64,000 bases of DNA from an uncultured Thermoleophilia bacterium (lineage in GTDB: Bacteria; Actinomycetota; Thermoleophilia; UBA2241). A program made the position numbers and the translations under genes. Positions 13,014-22,973 of the stretch are shown here, one piece after another. Each line of letters starts with the position of its first letter. The stretch's first letter is position 1. The stretch spans positions 13,054 to 77,053 of the forward strand of contig CAWBNR010000012.1 in NCBI GenBank assembly GCA_963790185.1, given 5' to 3'. A model generated the notes under the pieces. The model had not been told where the DNA came from and made no database searches. It saw only the letters and a program-made list of their open reading frames with translations.

Positions 13014-15102
13014 CTACTCCTCGGCGGTCTCCGCCTTCGTCCAGCGCCGGCCCGGCCAGCCCGCCTTGGGACCGACCGCCAGCGTCAGCCCCGGCACCAG
13101 TGCCGTGCGCACGAGGAAGGTGTCGATCAGCACGCCGAGGGCCACCCCGATGCTGATCTCAGCCAGGTCCTTCACGGGCTGTGACAGCAGGATGAGGAAG
13201 GTCCCGGCGAGGATGATGCCTGCGCTCGTGAGCACGCCGCCCGTGACCGTCAGCGCCTTCACCGTGCCGTCTCGCAGCCCCTCCTTCATCGCCTCGCTGC
13301 GGATGCGCGTGGTGATGAAGATGTTGTAGTCGCTGCCGAGGGCCACGAGGAAGATGAACATGTACAGCGGGATGCGGTAGCTGATGCGCTCCCAGCCGAA
13401 CAGCACCTCGGTGATGAAGATGGTCGCGCCCAGCGCCGCCAGGTACGACAGCAGGTTGGTGAGCAGCAGGTAGAACGGTGCGACCAGGGCGCGCAGCAGG
13501 GCGGCCAGGATGACGCCGACGACGACGAGCGCGACGACGGCCACGAGGATGGTGTCGCGGTTGGAGAGGGCCCACGTGTCCGCCTGGATGGCCGTGGGCC
13601 CTCCCACCAATGCGATGCCGCCGCCGACGGCCGCCGTCGCGCGCGCCACCTGCCGCAACTCGCCGATCTGCTGCAGCGCCTCCTTGGAGTAGGGATCGCC
13701 CTCGAGGATCACCTGGAAGCTCAGCAGCCTGCCGCCGTCCGCCGCGCCCGTGGGGAAGGCGGCGGCCACGCCGGGCGCCTCGTTCAGGGCGCCGGTGATC
13801 ATGCCGGTGACGAACTCCGGCGGCGCCTCCGGCGCCTTGATGAGCACCGTCGTCGGCGCCAGCGCGCCCTTGGGGAAGTGCCGTTCGAGCAGCGCGTAGC
13901 CCTGCTTGGACGGCATGTCCTTCAGGAAGTCCTCGGTGAAGCTGAACCGCGGGCTGTAGAGGAGCACGCCGCAGCGCCAGGACGACGAGGAGGGCCGCGA
14001 CGACGGCGGCGGAACGCCGCGGGGCCGCGGCCACACCCTCGGCGATGCGACGCCATGTTCGATGCTCGCTGGCGTCGCCGGTGTGCGGCACCCGTGGCCA
14101 GAAGGCGCGGCGGCCCAGCAGCGCGAGCAGCGCCGGCATCAGCGTGAGGCCGGCGACGAGCGTGACGAACACGCCGAGGCCGAGTACCGGCGCGAAGCTG
14201 CGGTAGTCGCCGTAGCGGGCGAAGAGCAGCGTCAGGACGGCCAGCGTGACCGTGAGCCCGCTGGCGGCGATGGCCTCCCATGTCTCGGCGAGCGCCGTGG
14301 CGAGGGCGACGCGCGCGTCGCTCTCACGGCGCAGCTCCTCCCGGTACCTGGAGATCAGGAGCAAGCCGTAGTCGGTGCCGGCGCCGAACAGGAGGATCAC
14401 CATCAGCGAAGTGGCCTGCCCGGACAGCGTCGCGTCCATCGCCTTCGCGCCGAGCGCCAGGATGCCGCCGGCCACGAAGTAGCCGAAGCCCACGGCGAGC
14501 AGCGGCACGAACGGGAGCACCGGCGAGCGGTAGATCACGAGCAGCAGCACGAGCACCAGGATGACCGTGCCGATGAGCAGCTTGACGTCGGCGTTCAGGA
14601 AAATCTGGTAGACGTCGGTGATGAGCCCTCCGGGGCCGGTGACGCGCACCTCCATGCCCGCGACGGTGTCCCCGAAATGGTCGCCGATGCTCTTCACGGA
14701 CTCGCGGAAGCTCGGCTCGCCGGGCGTGCCGCCGAGGCTCGCGAAGATCAGCGCGCCCTTCCCGTCGTCGGAGTACTCGACCCGGGCGCTGCTGATGGGC
14801 TCCGCTCCGCTCGCGAGCCAGGTCTCGCCGGCCTCTATCGTCTGTTTCTGCTCCGCCGTGAGCGGCGCCGTCGAGCTGAACACGACGATGACCGGGGTGC
14901 CCTCGGCGTCGGGGAAGGAGGCCTGCTGCAGCGCCTCGGCCCGCTTGCTCTCCAGGGACGCCGGGAGCGACTTCGACGCGTCGTTCGTGGTCACGCTCTG
15001 GATACTCGGTCCCATGGCCAGCGCGCCGGCGACGAGCACCCACACGGCGATGACGAGCCAGGGATGCCATCTCCGAGTGGACCAGGTGATCACGTTGCGC
15101 AT
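13014..15102 (-). CDS. MMPL/RND-family transporter (one frameshift near 13.98-14.0 kb)
   Basis: LFGAGTDYGLLLISRYREE in the first half and VALGSDYNIFITTRIRSE in the second half. Confidence 0.88.
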
Positions 15103-15291
15103 TCGTCCCCTTCCGTCGCCGCGCGATCCCGTGCGCGGTCGACGTGATATCTACAGGCTCTCTCCGCACCGCGTCCGGCGTCATGAGCGCCTGGCGACCT
15201 CGCTGTGATCCTCGCCAGGCGGCACGCGGCAGTTGCGTACTTGGCCGCTGTGGGCACGGATCGTGTACTTGGTGGTTCTTCCTATATGTAC

Positions 15292-15331
15292 TACTTGCTT
15301 GACGGGCCACAAGTGGGCCGGATATCGTTGG
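15292..15331 (+). promoter_or_regulatory. Sigma-70 type promoter of the corrinoid-MttB operon
   Basis: TTGACG (15299-15304) - 18 nt - TATCGT (15323-15328); flanks conserved with the promoter at 18687-18726. Confidence 0.65.
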
Positions 15332-15409
15332 CGACCCAGCCAGCCTCTTGGCTGAAGTCGCAGCCGCGCCGTGTCTCGGTCGCGACTGACGTTCGCGAAG
15401 GAGGAGTCA

Positions 15410-16057
15410 GTGGCAGCCGAACTCTACGAACAGATGAAGCAGACCGTGATCGACGGTGAGGTCGAACTCGCCGAGGAGCTCGCCCAGAAGGGCCTCGACG
15501 CGGGTCTCCCCGCCGTCGACATCCTCGACCTCGGCTTCGTCAAGGGCATCGAGGAGGTCGGCGACCTCTTCGGCCGCGGTGAGTTCTTCCTGCCCGAGCT
15601 CGTCCAGGGGGCCGAGGCCATGAAGGCCGCGGTCAGCGTCCTGCAGCCGGCCCTCGACGCCGCCGGCGCCGGGCGCTCCTCGATGGGCGTCTGTGTCGCC
15701 GGCACCGTCGCCGGCGACATCCACGAGATCGGCAAGACGATCGTCTGCTCGATGCTCTCGGCGGCCGGCTTCTCGGTCACCGACGTCGGCTGCGACGTCC
15801 CCGTCGAGACCTTCATCGCCAAGGTCCAGGAGCTCGAACCCGACCTCCTCCTGCTCTCGGCCCTCTTGACGACGACGATGCCCAACCAGCAGAAGACGAT
15901 CGCGGCCCTGAAGAGCTCGGGTCTCCGCGAGGGCGTCAAGGTCATGGTCGGCGGCGCCCCGACGACGCGCGCCTGGGCCGACGAGATCGGCGCCGACGGC
16001 TACGCCGAGGACGCGATCGAGGCGGTCGTCGTGGCGAAGACGATCTTGGGCCTCTGA
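15410..16057 (+). CDS. Cobalamin-binding corrinoid protein (MtbC/MttC-like)
   Basis: B12-binding cap FFLPELVQGAEAM, DIHEIGK (DxHxxG), SALLTTTM, VMVGGAP; GGAGGAG RBS before the GTG. Confidence 0.93.
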   Translation: MAAELYEQMKQTVIDGEVELAEELAQKGLDAGLPAVDILDLGFVKGIEEVGDLFGRGEFFLPELVQGAEAMKAAVSVLQPALDAAGAGRSSMGVCVAGTVAGDIHEIGKTIVCSMLSAAGFSVTDVGCDVPVETFIAKVQELEPDLLLLSALLTTTMPNQQKTIAALKSSGLREGVKVMVGGAPTTRAWADEIGADGYAEDAIEAVVVAKTILGL

Positions 16058-16064
16058 GCGGGCG

Positions 16065-17471
16065 ATGACGCCCCGAGTGACGACGAGCGTGTGGGACGAG
16101 GACGCCTGCGCCAAAGCCCATGCGGCGAGTCGCAGCGTGCTCGAGCGCGCCGGTGTCGAGATCCCTCACGAGGAGGCGCTGGAACTCCTCGCCGGGGCCG
16201 GCGCGCGCGTCGAAGGCTCGCGCGCGTTCATCCCGGGGGCGGTCGTCGATACCGCCCTCGCCTCGGCTCCGGGCAGCTTCGCGCTGCCGGGCAGGGGCAA
16301 GGGCGGCATGCTCCTCGAGCAGGGACAGACCTGGTTCGGCTCCGGGCCCGACTGCATGTACCTGCACGACGCGCTCACCGGCGAGCGCCGGCGAGCTCAG
16401 CTCGACGACATCGTCGTCGGCGCCGATCTCTGCGACAAGCTCGACGAGGTCGACTTCGTCATGTCGATGGGGCTGCCGCAAGATGTCGCGCTCGACTCCG
16501 AGGACCTGTTGCAGTTCGCCGCCATGCTGGACGGCACGGCGAAGCCGCTGATCGTCTCGACGAGCCACGGCGGCGACGGCCTCGTGGCGATGCGCGAGAT
16601 GGCGGGCCTCTGCGGCGACCCCGGCAGCTTCGGCTGTCTCGTCATGTCGTCACCGCCGCTGAACTTCGATCGCGACGCCGCCGACAAGCTCGTCACGTGC
16701 GCCCGCCTCGGCATCCCCGCCATCCTGGCGCCGGCGCCTTCGGCCGGCGCCACCTCACCCGCGTCCATGACCGCTTCGATCGTCGTGGGCGACGCCGAGG
16801 TGCTGGCCGGGCTCTGCGTCCATCAGCTCGCGCGGCCCGGGGCGCCCTTCGTCTACGGGGTCGGCGCCTCCGCACTCGACATGCGCGCCGCCGTCGACGC
16901 CTACGTGATCCCGGAGCACTTCCTCGGCAACCTGGCCGGTTGCGACCTCGCGCGCTCGTACGGGGTCCCGAGCTGGGCCTATGCCGGGCCGTCCGACGCC
17001 AAGGCGCTCGACGAGCAGTGGGCCGCCGACGTCGCGATCACGACGTTGCTCGGGGCGCTCTCTCGAGCCACGCTGCTGCACGACCTCGGCTACATGGAGT
17101 CGGGGATGGCCGGCGCCCATGCCTCTATCGTCCTGGGCGCCGAGCTCGTCGGCTTCGCCCGCGCGTTCATGAGGGAGCTGCCGCTCGACGACGAAGCGCT
17201 TCAGCTCGACGAGATCGTCACCGTGGGGCCGGGGGGCAACCACCTGGCCCGGCCCTTCACGCGCAAGCATCACCGCGACTTCTGGAAGAGCGACCTGTTC
17301 GACCACACCGTGCACGATCGCTGGGAGGCGGCCGGGCGGTCGACGCTCGGCGACAGGGTCAAGCAGAAGACCCGCGACCTGCTGACCTTCGGGCGCGCGC
17401 ATCGGCTCGACCCCGAGACGCGTCGCGAGATCGACGCGATCATCGCCGCGGTGGCCGACCGCCGAGGATGA
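16065..17471 (+). CDS. Trimethylamine-methyltransferase (MttB) family protein, no pyrrolysine
   Basis: AG-P-SDAK motif region, PGAPFVYG, LHDLGYMESG, IVTVGPGGNHL; follows the corrinoid gene; no in-frame TAG. Confidence 0.9.
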   Translation: MTPRVTTSVWDEDACAKAHAASRSVLERAGVEIPHEEALELLAGAGARVEGSRAFIPGAVVDTALASAPGSFALPGRGKGGMLLEQGQTWFGSGPDCMYLHDALTGERRRAQLDDIVVGADLCDKLDEVDFVMSMGLPQDVALDSEDLLQFAAMLDGTAKPLIVSTSHGGDGLVAMREMAGLCGDPGSFGCLVMSSPPLNFDRDAADKLVTCARLGIPAILAPAPSAGATSPASMTASIVVGDAEVLAGLCVHQLARPGAPFVYGVGASALDMRAAVDAYVIPEHFLGNLAGCDLARSYGVPSWAYAGPSDAKALDEQWAADVAITTLLGALSRATLLHDLGYMESGMAGAHASIVLGAELVGFARAFMRELPLDDEALQLDEIVTVGPGGNHLARPFTRKHHRDFWKSDLFDHTVHDRWEAAGRSTLGDRVKQKTRDLLTFGRAHRLDPETRREIDAIIAAVADRRG

Positions 17472-17497
17472 GGAGACTCGCACCGGCCGGCCGCCGC

Positions 17498-18607
17498 TCA
17501 GCGTCCGGCGAGCTCCTCGAGAGGCACGCCGACCTGCTGGGCGACGAAGCTGAGCAGCAACTCGCGCACGCGCTGCACGTGCATGCCTGAGTAGCCGATC
17601 GCCGAGCGGAAGCTGAGGCCGTCCGACAGTGCCACGATCCGCTGGGCGAGCTCGGCCGGCGGGGCGACCGGGTGGAAGACGCCGGCCTGCGTGCCCTCTT
17701 CGATCACCTTCTGGACGAAGCCGGTCCAGCGCGCGGACATCGCGACGCAGTCGGCGAGGAGCTCGGGGTGCAGCCGCACACGCGCCCAGGTCTCGATCCA
17801 GAGCACGTATTCGTCGTGCAGGACGCCCTCGAACGGCACCGTCATCTCGAGGACCCGGCGCAGAAGGACCATGTGGTCCCCGGTCTCTTCACGGAGTTCC
17901 TCGAGCCAGCGGCTGGTGTGTTCGTTGGCCCACTGGAGGGCCGCGAGCAGCACCTCGTCCTTGGACTTGTAGTAGTAGTGGATGATGGCGCTCGAGACAC
18001 CGGCCTCGCGGGCGATGTCGGAGATCCGGGTCGCGGAAGGGCCGCGCGCTGCGAAGGCGCGGCAGGCGGCCGCGCGGATGTGCTCGCGCGCCCGCGACGA
18101 GCGCTCCCGCGCCGGCGCGACGCTGCCGTCGCCGGGATCGCCGGCGATCTTCCAGAGGCGCTCCAGCAGGGCGGCGTCCGACGTGCCGCTCGCGGTCGCC
18201 TCTTCCACACGCTTCTTGATGCGCAAGGCAGTCTTGTAGCTGATGCCGAGGAGGTCGGCGAGCGCTCGTGGCGCGACGTGTCCCTCGCTGGCGAAGATGT
18301 GTGTGGCCGCGGTGAACCAGGTGACCACGTTCAAGCCGGAACCCTGCATGAACGTTCCGGCGGTCGGATACACCTGGGTGCCGCAGTGGTCGCAGGCGTA
18401 GGCGCGCCGCTTCGAGACCCGGTGGAAGCGCCTCACGGTGCGGCAGTGCCGGCAGACGGCGCTGGCGCCGTCAGGCGCGTACAGCGTCGTCCAGAGCCAG
18501 TGCACGCATGCGGCCTCGTCGCCGATCGGCGCGAACACGGGGCTCACACCGTCGTCTGCGCCGCTCCCGCCCACCCCCGCCTCTCTCGCATCGGTCTCCC
18601 GCTCCAC
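17498..18607 (-). CDS. TetR/BetI-like transcriptional regulator with an N-terminal IS1595-transposase-like zinc ribbon and HTH
   Basis: CRHC...CDHC, PTAGT, WF, LGISYKTALR, followed by the TetR HTH ISDIAREAGVSSAIIHYYYKSKDEVLLA and a BetI-type C-terminus. Confidence 0.85.
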   Translation of the reverse strand: MERETDAREAGVGGSGADDGVSPVFAPIGDEAACVHWLWTTLYAPDGASAVCRHCRTVRRFHRVSKRRAYACDHCGTQVYPTAGTFMQGSGLNVVTWFTAATHIFASEGHVAPRALADLLGISYKTALRIKKRVEEATASGTSDAALLERLWKIAGDPGDGSVAPARERSSRAREHIRAAACRAFAARGPSATRISDIAREAGVSSAIIHYYYKSKDEVLLAALQWANEHTSRWLEELREETGDHMVLLRRVLEMTVPFEGVLHDEYVLWIETWARVRLHPELLADCVAMSARWTGFVQKVIEEGTQAGVFHPVAPPAELAQRIVALSDGLSFRSAIGYSGMHVQRVRELLLSFVAQQVGVPLEELAGR

Positions 18608-18686
18608 TCGACCCCCGCTCCTCGCGTGCTTACTTGGCGCATCTTACTATGCCTGGACGTCACTTGTGAAGAGTACCACGCTGAGA

Positions 18687-18726
18687 TACATGCTTGACAT
18701 GGTAGTCTGGGCGCGAATATCGTTGG
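18687..18726 (+). promoter_or_regulatory. Sigma-70 type promoter of the second MttB gene
   Basis: TTGACA (18694-18699) - 18 nt - TATCGT (18718-18723). Confidence 0.65.
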
Positions 18727-18821
18727 TGCGCCAGTCAGGCGATTCGGACGAAGAATGGGTCTGGGAGTCTCTTTCGGGGAAGGCCGTCCGTCGCTCGAGA
18801 GAGATCGGGAGGAGTCGGGGT

Positions 18822-20237
18822 ATGCCAGAGGCGTCACTCACGGTCTGGGGCGGTGCCGAGTGCCGGCGCGTCCACGAAGCCACACTCGAGCTGCTCGCCC
18901 GGGTCGGCGTGGAGGTCAAGTACGAGCCCGCGCTCGATCTGTTCCGCGCCGCCGGAGCCGACGTGCGCGAGCGCCGCGTGCGTCTCTCCGCGGCGCTGGT
19001 CGAGGCCGCTCTCGCGAGCGCCCCTCGCGAGTGGCCCCTAAAGCCGCGCGGTGGCGACACCGAGCCGCTGATGCTGCGGGACGGCGAGGTCTACTACGGC
19101 ACCGGATCGGACGTGCTCTACGTCCGTGCCTCTGAGACCGGCGAGCGCCGCCGCGCCCGCCGCGACGATGTGGAGGGCGCGGCCGCCCTCTGCGAGAAAC
19201 TCCCGAACATCGACTTCGTGATGAGTATGGGACTGCCCGAGGACGCTCCGCAGGAGATCGACGACCTCGTCCAGGTCGTCGCCATGCTGCGGGGCACGCG
19301 CAAGCCGCTCCTCGTGGCTCCGCGCGACGGCAGCGTGCTCGCGCGGATGCAGGAGATGGCGGCGGTCTGCGGCGAGAGAGACAGCTTCGCCATCTACGCC
19401 ATGCCGTCGCCCCCGCTGATGCACGACGCGGACGCGCTGACCAAGGTGATCGGCTGCGCGGAGCTTCTCATCCCCGTGGTGTACGCACCGGCGCCGAACA
19501 TGGGCGCGACCGGCCCGCGCAGCATCGCCGGGTCGGTCCTTCTCGGCAACGCCGAGACTCTCAGCGGGCTGGTGCTGCACCAGCACGTCAAGCCGGGGGC
19601 GCCGTTCGTCTACGGGGTCGGCGCCGGCGCCATGGACATGCGCACGATGACCGACCCGTACGTGGCGCCCGACGCGATCCTCGCACAGCAGGTCGGCACC
19701 GATCTCGCGCGTCACTACGGGTTGCCGAGCTTCTCCTACGCCGGCATGTCCGACTCGAAGACCCTCGACGAGCAATGGACCGCGGAGGCCGCGCTCAGCA
19801 TGGCCTACGGCTCGCTGTCCCGCGCCACGCTGCTGCACGATGTCGGCTACCTCGAGTCTGGGCTGCAGAGCTCCTGCGAGTCGATCGTCTTCGGCGACGA
19901 ACTCGTCGGCTACGCGCGCCAGTTCATGCGCAGTGTGCCGGTCGACGACTACGCCCTCGCCGTGGACGAGATCGAGGCGGCCGGTCCGGGCGGCAACTTC
20001 CTCGCCAGCAAGTACACGCGCAAGCACCACCGCGAGTTCTGGTCCGGCGACCTGTTCGATCACGCCGTCCACGATCGCTGGGCCGCGTCCGGCGCGACGA
20101 CGCTGGGCGAGCGCGTCCGGGCGAAGACCGCTCGCCTGCTCGGCGAGCCGCGGGGCTTCGCCCTGTCGGACGAGCAGGACAAGCATCTGGAGACGCTTCT
20201 CAACGACGCCCTGCAGGACGAGGGCGCACGAGTCTGA
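18822..20237 (+). CDS. Second MttB-family methyltransferase, no pyrrolysine
   Basis: AG-M-SDSK, PGAPFVYG, LHDVGYLESG, AAGPGGNFL; start MPEASLT after GGAGGAG. Confidence 0.9.
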   Translation: MPEASLTVWGGAECRRVHEATLELLARVGVEVKYEPALDLFRAAGADVRERRVRLSAALVEAALASAPREWPLKPRGGDTEPLMLRDGEVYYGTGSDVLYVRASETGERRRARRDDVEGAAALCEKLPNIDFVMSMGLPEDAPQEIDDLVQVVAMLRGTRKPLLVAPRDGSVLARMQEMAAVCGERDSFAIYAMPSPPLMHDADALTKVIGCAELLIPVVYAPAPNMGATGPRSIAGSVLLGNAETLSGLVLHQHVKPGAPFVYGVGAGAMDMRTMTDPYVAPDAILAQQVGTDLARHYGLPSFSYAGMSDSKTLDEQWTAEAALSMAYGSLSRATLLHDVGYLESGLQSSCESIVFGDELVGYARQFMRSVPVDDYALAVDEIEAAGPGGNFLASKYTRKHHREFWSGDLFDHAVHDRWAASGATTLGERVRAKTARLLGEPRGFALSDEQDKHLETLLNDALQDEGARV

Positions 20238-20324
20238 GAGCCTCGCCGCCGCCTCCGTTTGAGGCCACCCGGCCGACGTGCGGGCGAGCTAGGGGCACGC
20301 CTCGGTCTCAGACGTTCGTCGTGC

Positions 20325-20792
20325 TCAGAGCGACTGGGTCTCGGCGCTGGGCGCGCCGGGGGGCGCCGCTCCGTCGCGCTGGGGCATGGCGGCGCTCAGG
20401 GCTGCGAGCACCGCCTCGCTCTGCGCCGCCGTGAGCGTGCCGTCGTCCACCAGGTCGTCGAGCGCGCTGGAGAACATCGCGCCCGGTCCGGGCCGCTCCT
20501 CGGGGGTGCTCGGCGGCGAACTTTCCTGAGCCCCCTGCGGCCCGCCGGCCGGCATCGAGGCCGTGATCGCCGCGAGGACGGCGTCCTCCTGCTGGGCCGT
20601 GATGGTGCCGTCGTCGACGAGCGGGTCGAGGGCCTGCTGAAACACGGCGGCCATGTCGCCGCGGGCCGCCGGGCCGTTGTTGCCGCCGGCGCTCGGGTCG
20701 TCTGTCGCCGAGTCGCCACAGCCCGCGGCCAGCGCGGCGAGTGCCGTCGCGACCGCCACCGCGAGCAGGACCCGCATTGGCGTCTTCATCAC
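20325..20792 (-). CDS. Hypothetical lipoprotein with a duplicated LxxLVDDGTxTxxQxxAVLAA motif
   Basis: Signal peptide ending LAAGC (lipobox); two copies of a ~30-aa motif. Confidence 0.7.
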   Translation of the reverse strand: MMKTPMRVLLAVAVATALAALAAGCGDSATDDPSAGGNNGPAARGDMAAVFQQALDPLVDDGTITAQQEDAVLAAITASMPAGGPQGAQESSPPSTPEERPGPGAMFSSALDDLVDDGTLTAAQSEAVLAALSAAMPQRDGAAPPGAPSAETQSL

Positions 20793-20912
20793 TCTCTCCT
20801 CCGGGGTGGGGTCGGGTCAGTGACGAGAGTCTGCGGGAGCCGGCTGGGGGGAGCCTGAGGCACGGCTGTGGTGTGGCTGTGACGGTGGCTGCCTCGTCGG
20901 CGTCGGGCGGCT

Positions 20913-22096
20913 CTACGTGGGTGGTATGGTGACCGTGACGACGAGCCCGCCCTCCGGAGGCGCTTCGGCCGCGACCGCGCCGCCGTGCACGTCGGCCACG
21001 GCGGCCACGATCGCCAGGCCCAGCCCGGAGCCGCCGGTGCGTCGGCTGCGCGACGTGCCGCGCCGGTAGAAGCGCTCGAAGAGGCGCGGCACCTCGTCCG
21101 GGCTGATGACGTCGCCCTCGTTGGCCACGCGCAGCGTCACCTGGCCGCTCGCGTCCGACGCTGACCGTCACCTGGACGACGCTGCCCGGCGAGGCGTAGC
21201 GCACGGCGTTGTCGACGAGGTTGTCGGCGAGCCGCTCGAGGAGAGCCTCGTCGCCGCTCACGATCGCCGGCCGCGCGTCGCACGCGGAAGCTGATGCCCC
21301 GCGCGTCGGCCGCGCGGGCGTGCTGCCGCGACGACGCCTGTCGACCACGCCGTGCCATGTCGACGGCGTCGCGCTCGGCGAGCTCCTCGCTCTCGGCCAG
21401 CACGAGGAGCTTGTCGATCACGTCCTCGCTGCGCGCGATGGCGTCGCGGATCGTCTCGGCCATGCGGCGCAGGTCGTCGGCGTCGGTCGCCGGGTCGGCG
21501 AGCGTGACGTCGAGCTCGGTGCGCATGATCGCCAGCGGCGTGCGCAGCTCGTGCGAGGCGTTCGAGACGAACTCCCGCTGGGCGTCGAAGGCCGCCTCGA
21601 GACGGCCGAGCATGGCGTCGAAGGTGTCGGCCAGCTGCCCGAGCTCGTCCTTGGGGCCCTTGAGGTCGATGCGCTCGTGCAGCGTGCTGGCCGAGAGCCG
21701 GCGGGCCACGGCGGAGATCTCCTGCACCGGCCGCAGCATGCGCCCGGCCATCCACCAGCCGGCCGACGACCGAGACGACGGTGGCGACGGCGAGCGCCCA
21801 GAACGTGACGCCGAGCAGGGCGCGGAGCACCTCCGAGATGACCTGGTCCTGGACCTGCCGCATGAAGGCGCCCACGGTCTGCCGGCCACCGGACGGCGAC
21901 GGCATGTGCTGCTGCAGGTAGGCCTGCGAGAGGTGCAGCTCCTGCGGCGGTGTGGTTCGCCAGCTCGCCGGGGTTCTTGATCGCGACCTGGCGCAGCAGC
22001 ACGTAGCTGAGCGCGAGGAGCAGGAAGCCGATCGACGAAGAACAGCAGCCCGTAGGACAGCGTGAGGCGCAGGCGCAGGCTGGCGCGGCGCCTCAC
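20913..22096 (-). CDS. HAMP sensor histidine kinase (frameshifted)
   Basis: FVSNASHELRTPLA H-box, RLADNLVDNAVRYA N-box, GGSGLGLAIV G-box, in different frames. Confidence 0.85.
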
Positions 22097-22750
22097 CACA
22101 GCCGGTACCCGGCGCCGGGGAGCGTCTCGATGAGCTGCGGCTCGCCGAGCTTGCGGCGCAGCGTCATCATGGTGACGCGCACCACGTTGCTGAAGGGGTC
22201 GGCGTTCTCGTCCCACACCTTCTCGAGCAGCTCCTCGGCGGAGACGACGCCGCCGTCGGCGGCCAGCAGCACCTCGAGCACGCCGAACTCCTTGTTGGTG
22301 AGCTCGAGCTCGCGGCCGCCGCGACGTCGCACGACGGGCGGCCGGGTCGAGCTCGATGTCGCCGCGGCGCAGGATCGGCGGGCGCGGCGGGCCGGCGCGC
22401 CGCGCCAGGGCGCGCACGCGCGCCACGAGCTCGTCGAAGGCGAAGGGCTTGCCGAGGTAGTCGTCCGCGCCGAGGTCGAGCCCGGCGACCCTGTCGCGCA
22501 GCCCGCGCGCCGCGGTGAGCATCAGGATGCGCGCCGTGGAGTCCGAGGCGGCGAGCCGCCGGCAGACCTCGTCGCCGTGCATCTCCGGCAGGTTGCGGTC
22601 GAGGATGACGACGTCGTAGTCGTTGAGGCACGCCTTCTCGAGGCCGCTGAGGCCGTCGAGGGCCACGTCGACCGCCATGCCCTGCAGGCGCAGACCGCGA
22701 GCGATGGCGGCGGCGAGAGCTTCCTCGTCTTCGATGATGAGTACGCGCAT
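22093..22750 (-). CDS. OmpR-family response regulator (frameshift near 22.33 kb)
   Basis: MRVLIIEDE, ILDRNLP, GADDYLGKPF, LTNKEFGVL, VRVTMMTLRRKLG. Confidence 0.9.
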
Positions 22751-22818
22751 CGCGCTTCCCTTGTGTCATCGGGCTCGGACGTCGGGGCTGCCGCGACTCG
22801 ATTGTCGCATCTCCGCGT

Positions 22819-22879
22819 GTAGGGAGAGCGTAAGGCGGCCGCAGCGGAGGCGCCAGCGCGAGCCTTACGCTGACCTTAT
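22819..22879. promoter_or_regulatory. Paired 11-bp-periodic direct repeats in opposite orientation between the divergent RR and ABC genes
   Basis: GTAGGG/GTAAGG at 22819 and 22830; CCTTAC/CCTTAT at 22863 and 22874. Confidence 0.5.
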
Positions 22880-22973
22880 GCCGCCTGGGTAGTGTGGTGC
22901 CCGAGCACGTCTGACAACGACACCGCCGCTGTCTCGGCGCGACGCCGTGGCGCGGTGACGGAAGGATCAAGAG

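Noticed and set aside
15105-15400. Cobalamin riboswitch next to the corrinoid gene
   Set aside because: Only CGCAACTG (minus strand) and one hairpin (GCCTGGCGA/TCGCCAGGC) resemble it; the GGGAA, CCCCCGC and AGACCTG elements are missing. An Infernal search would settle it.
17498-18607. Active IS1595 insertion sequence
   Set aside because: No DDE catalytic domain, terminal inverted repeats or target duplication seen; the ORF continues as a TetR.
18664-18681. Rex box TTGTGAA-GAGT-ACCACGC in the MttB2 promoter
   Set aside because: The left half is perfect but the right half matches only 3 of 7; better explained as part of the YACWTG repeat set.
16065-20237. Pyrrolysine amber read-through in the MttB genes
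   Set aside because: Both ORFs are open with no in-frame TAG; Pro and Met occupy the equivalent position.
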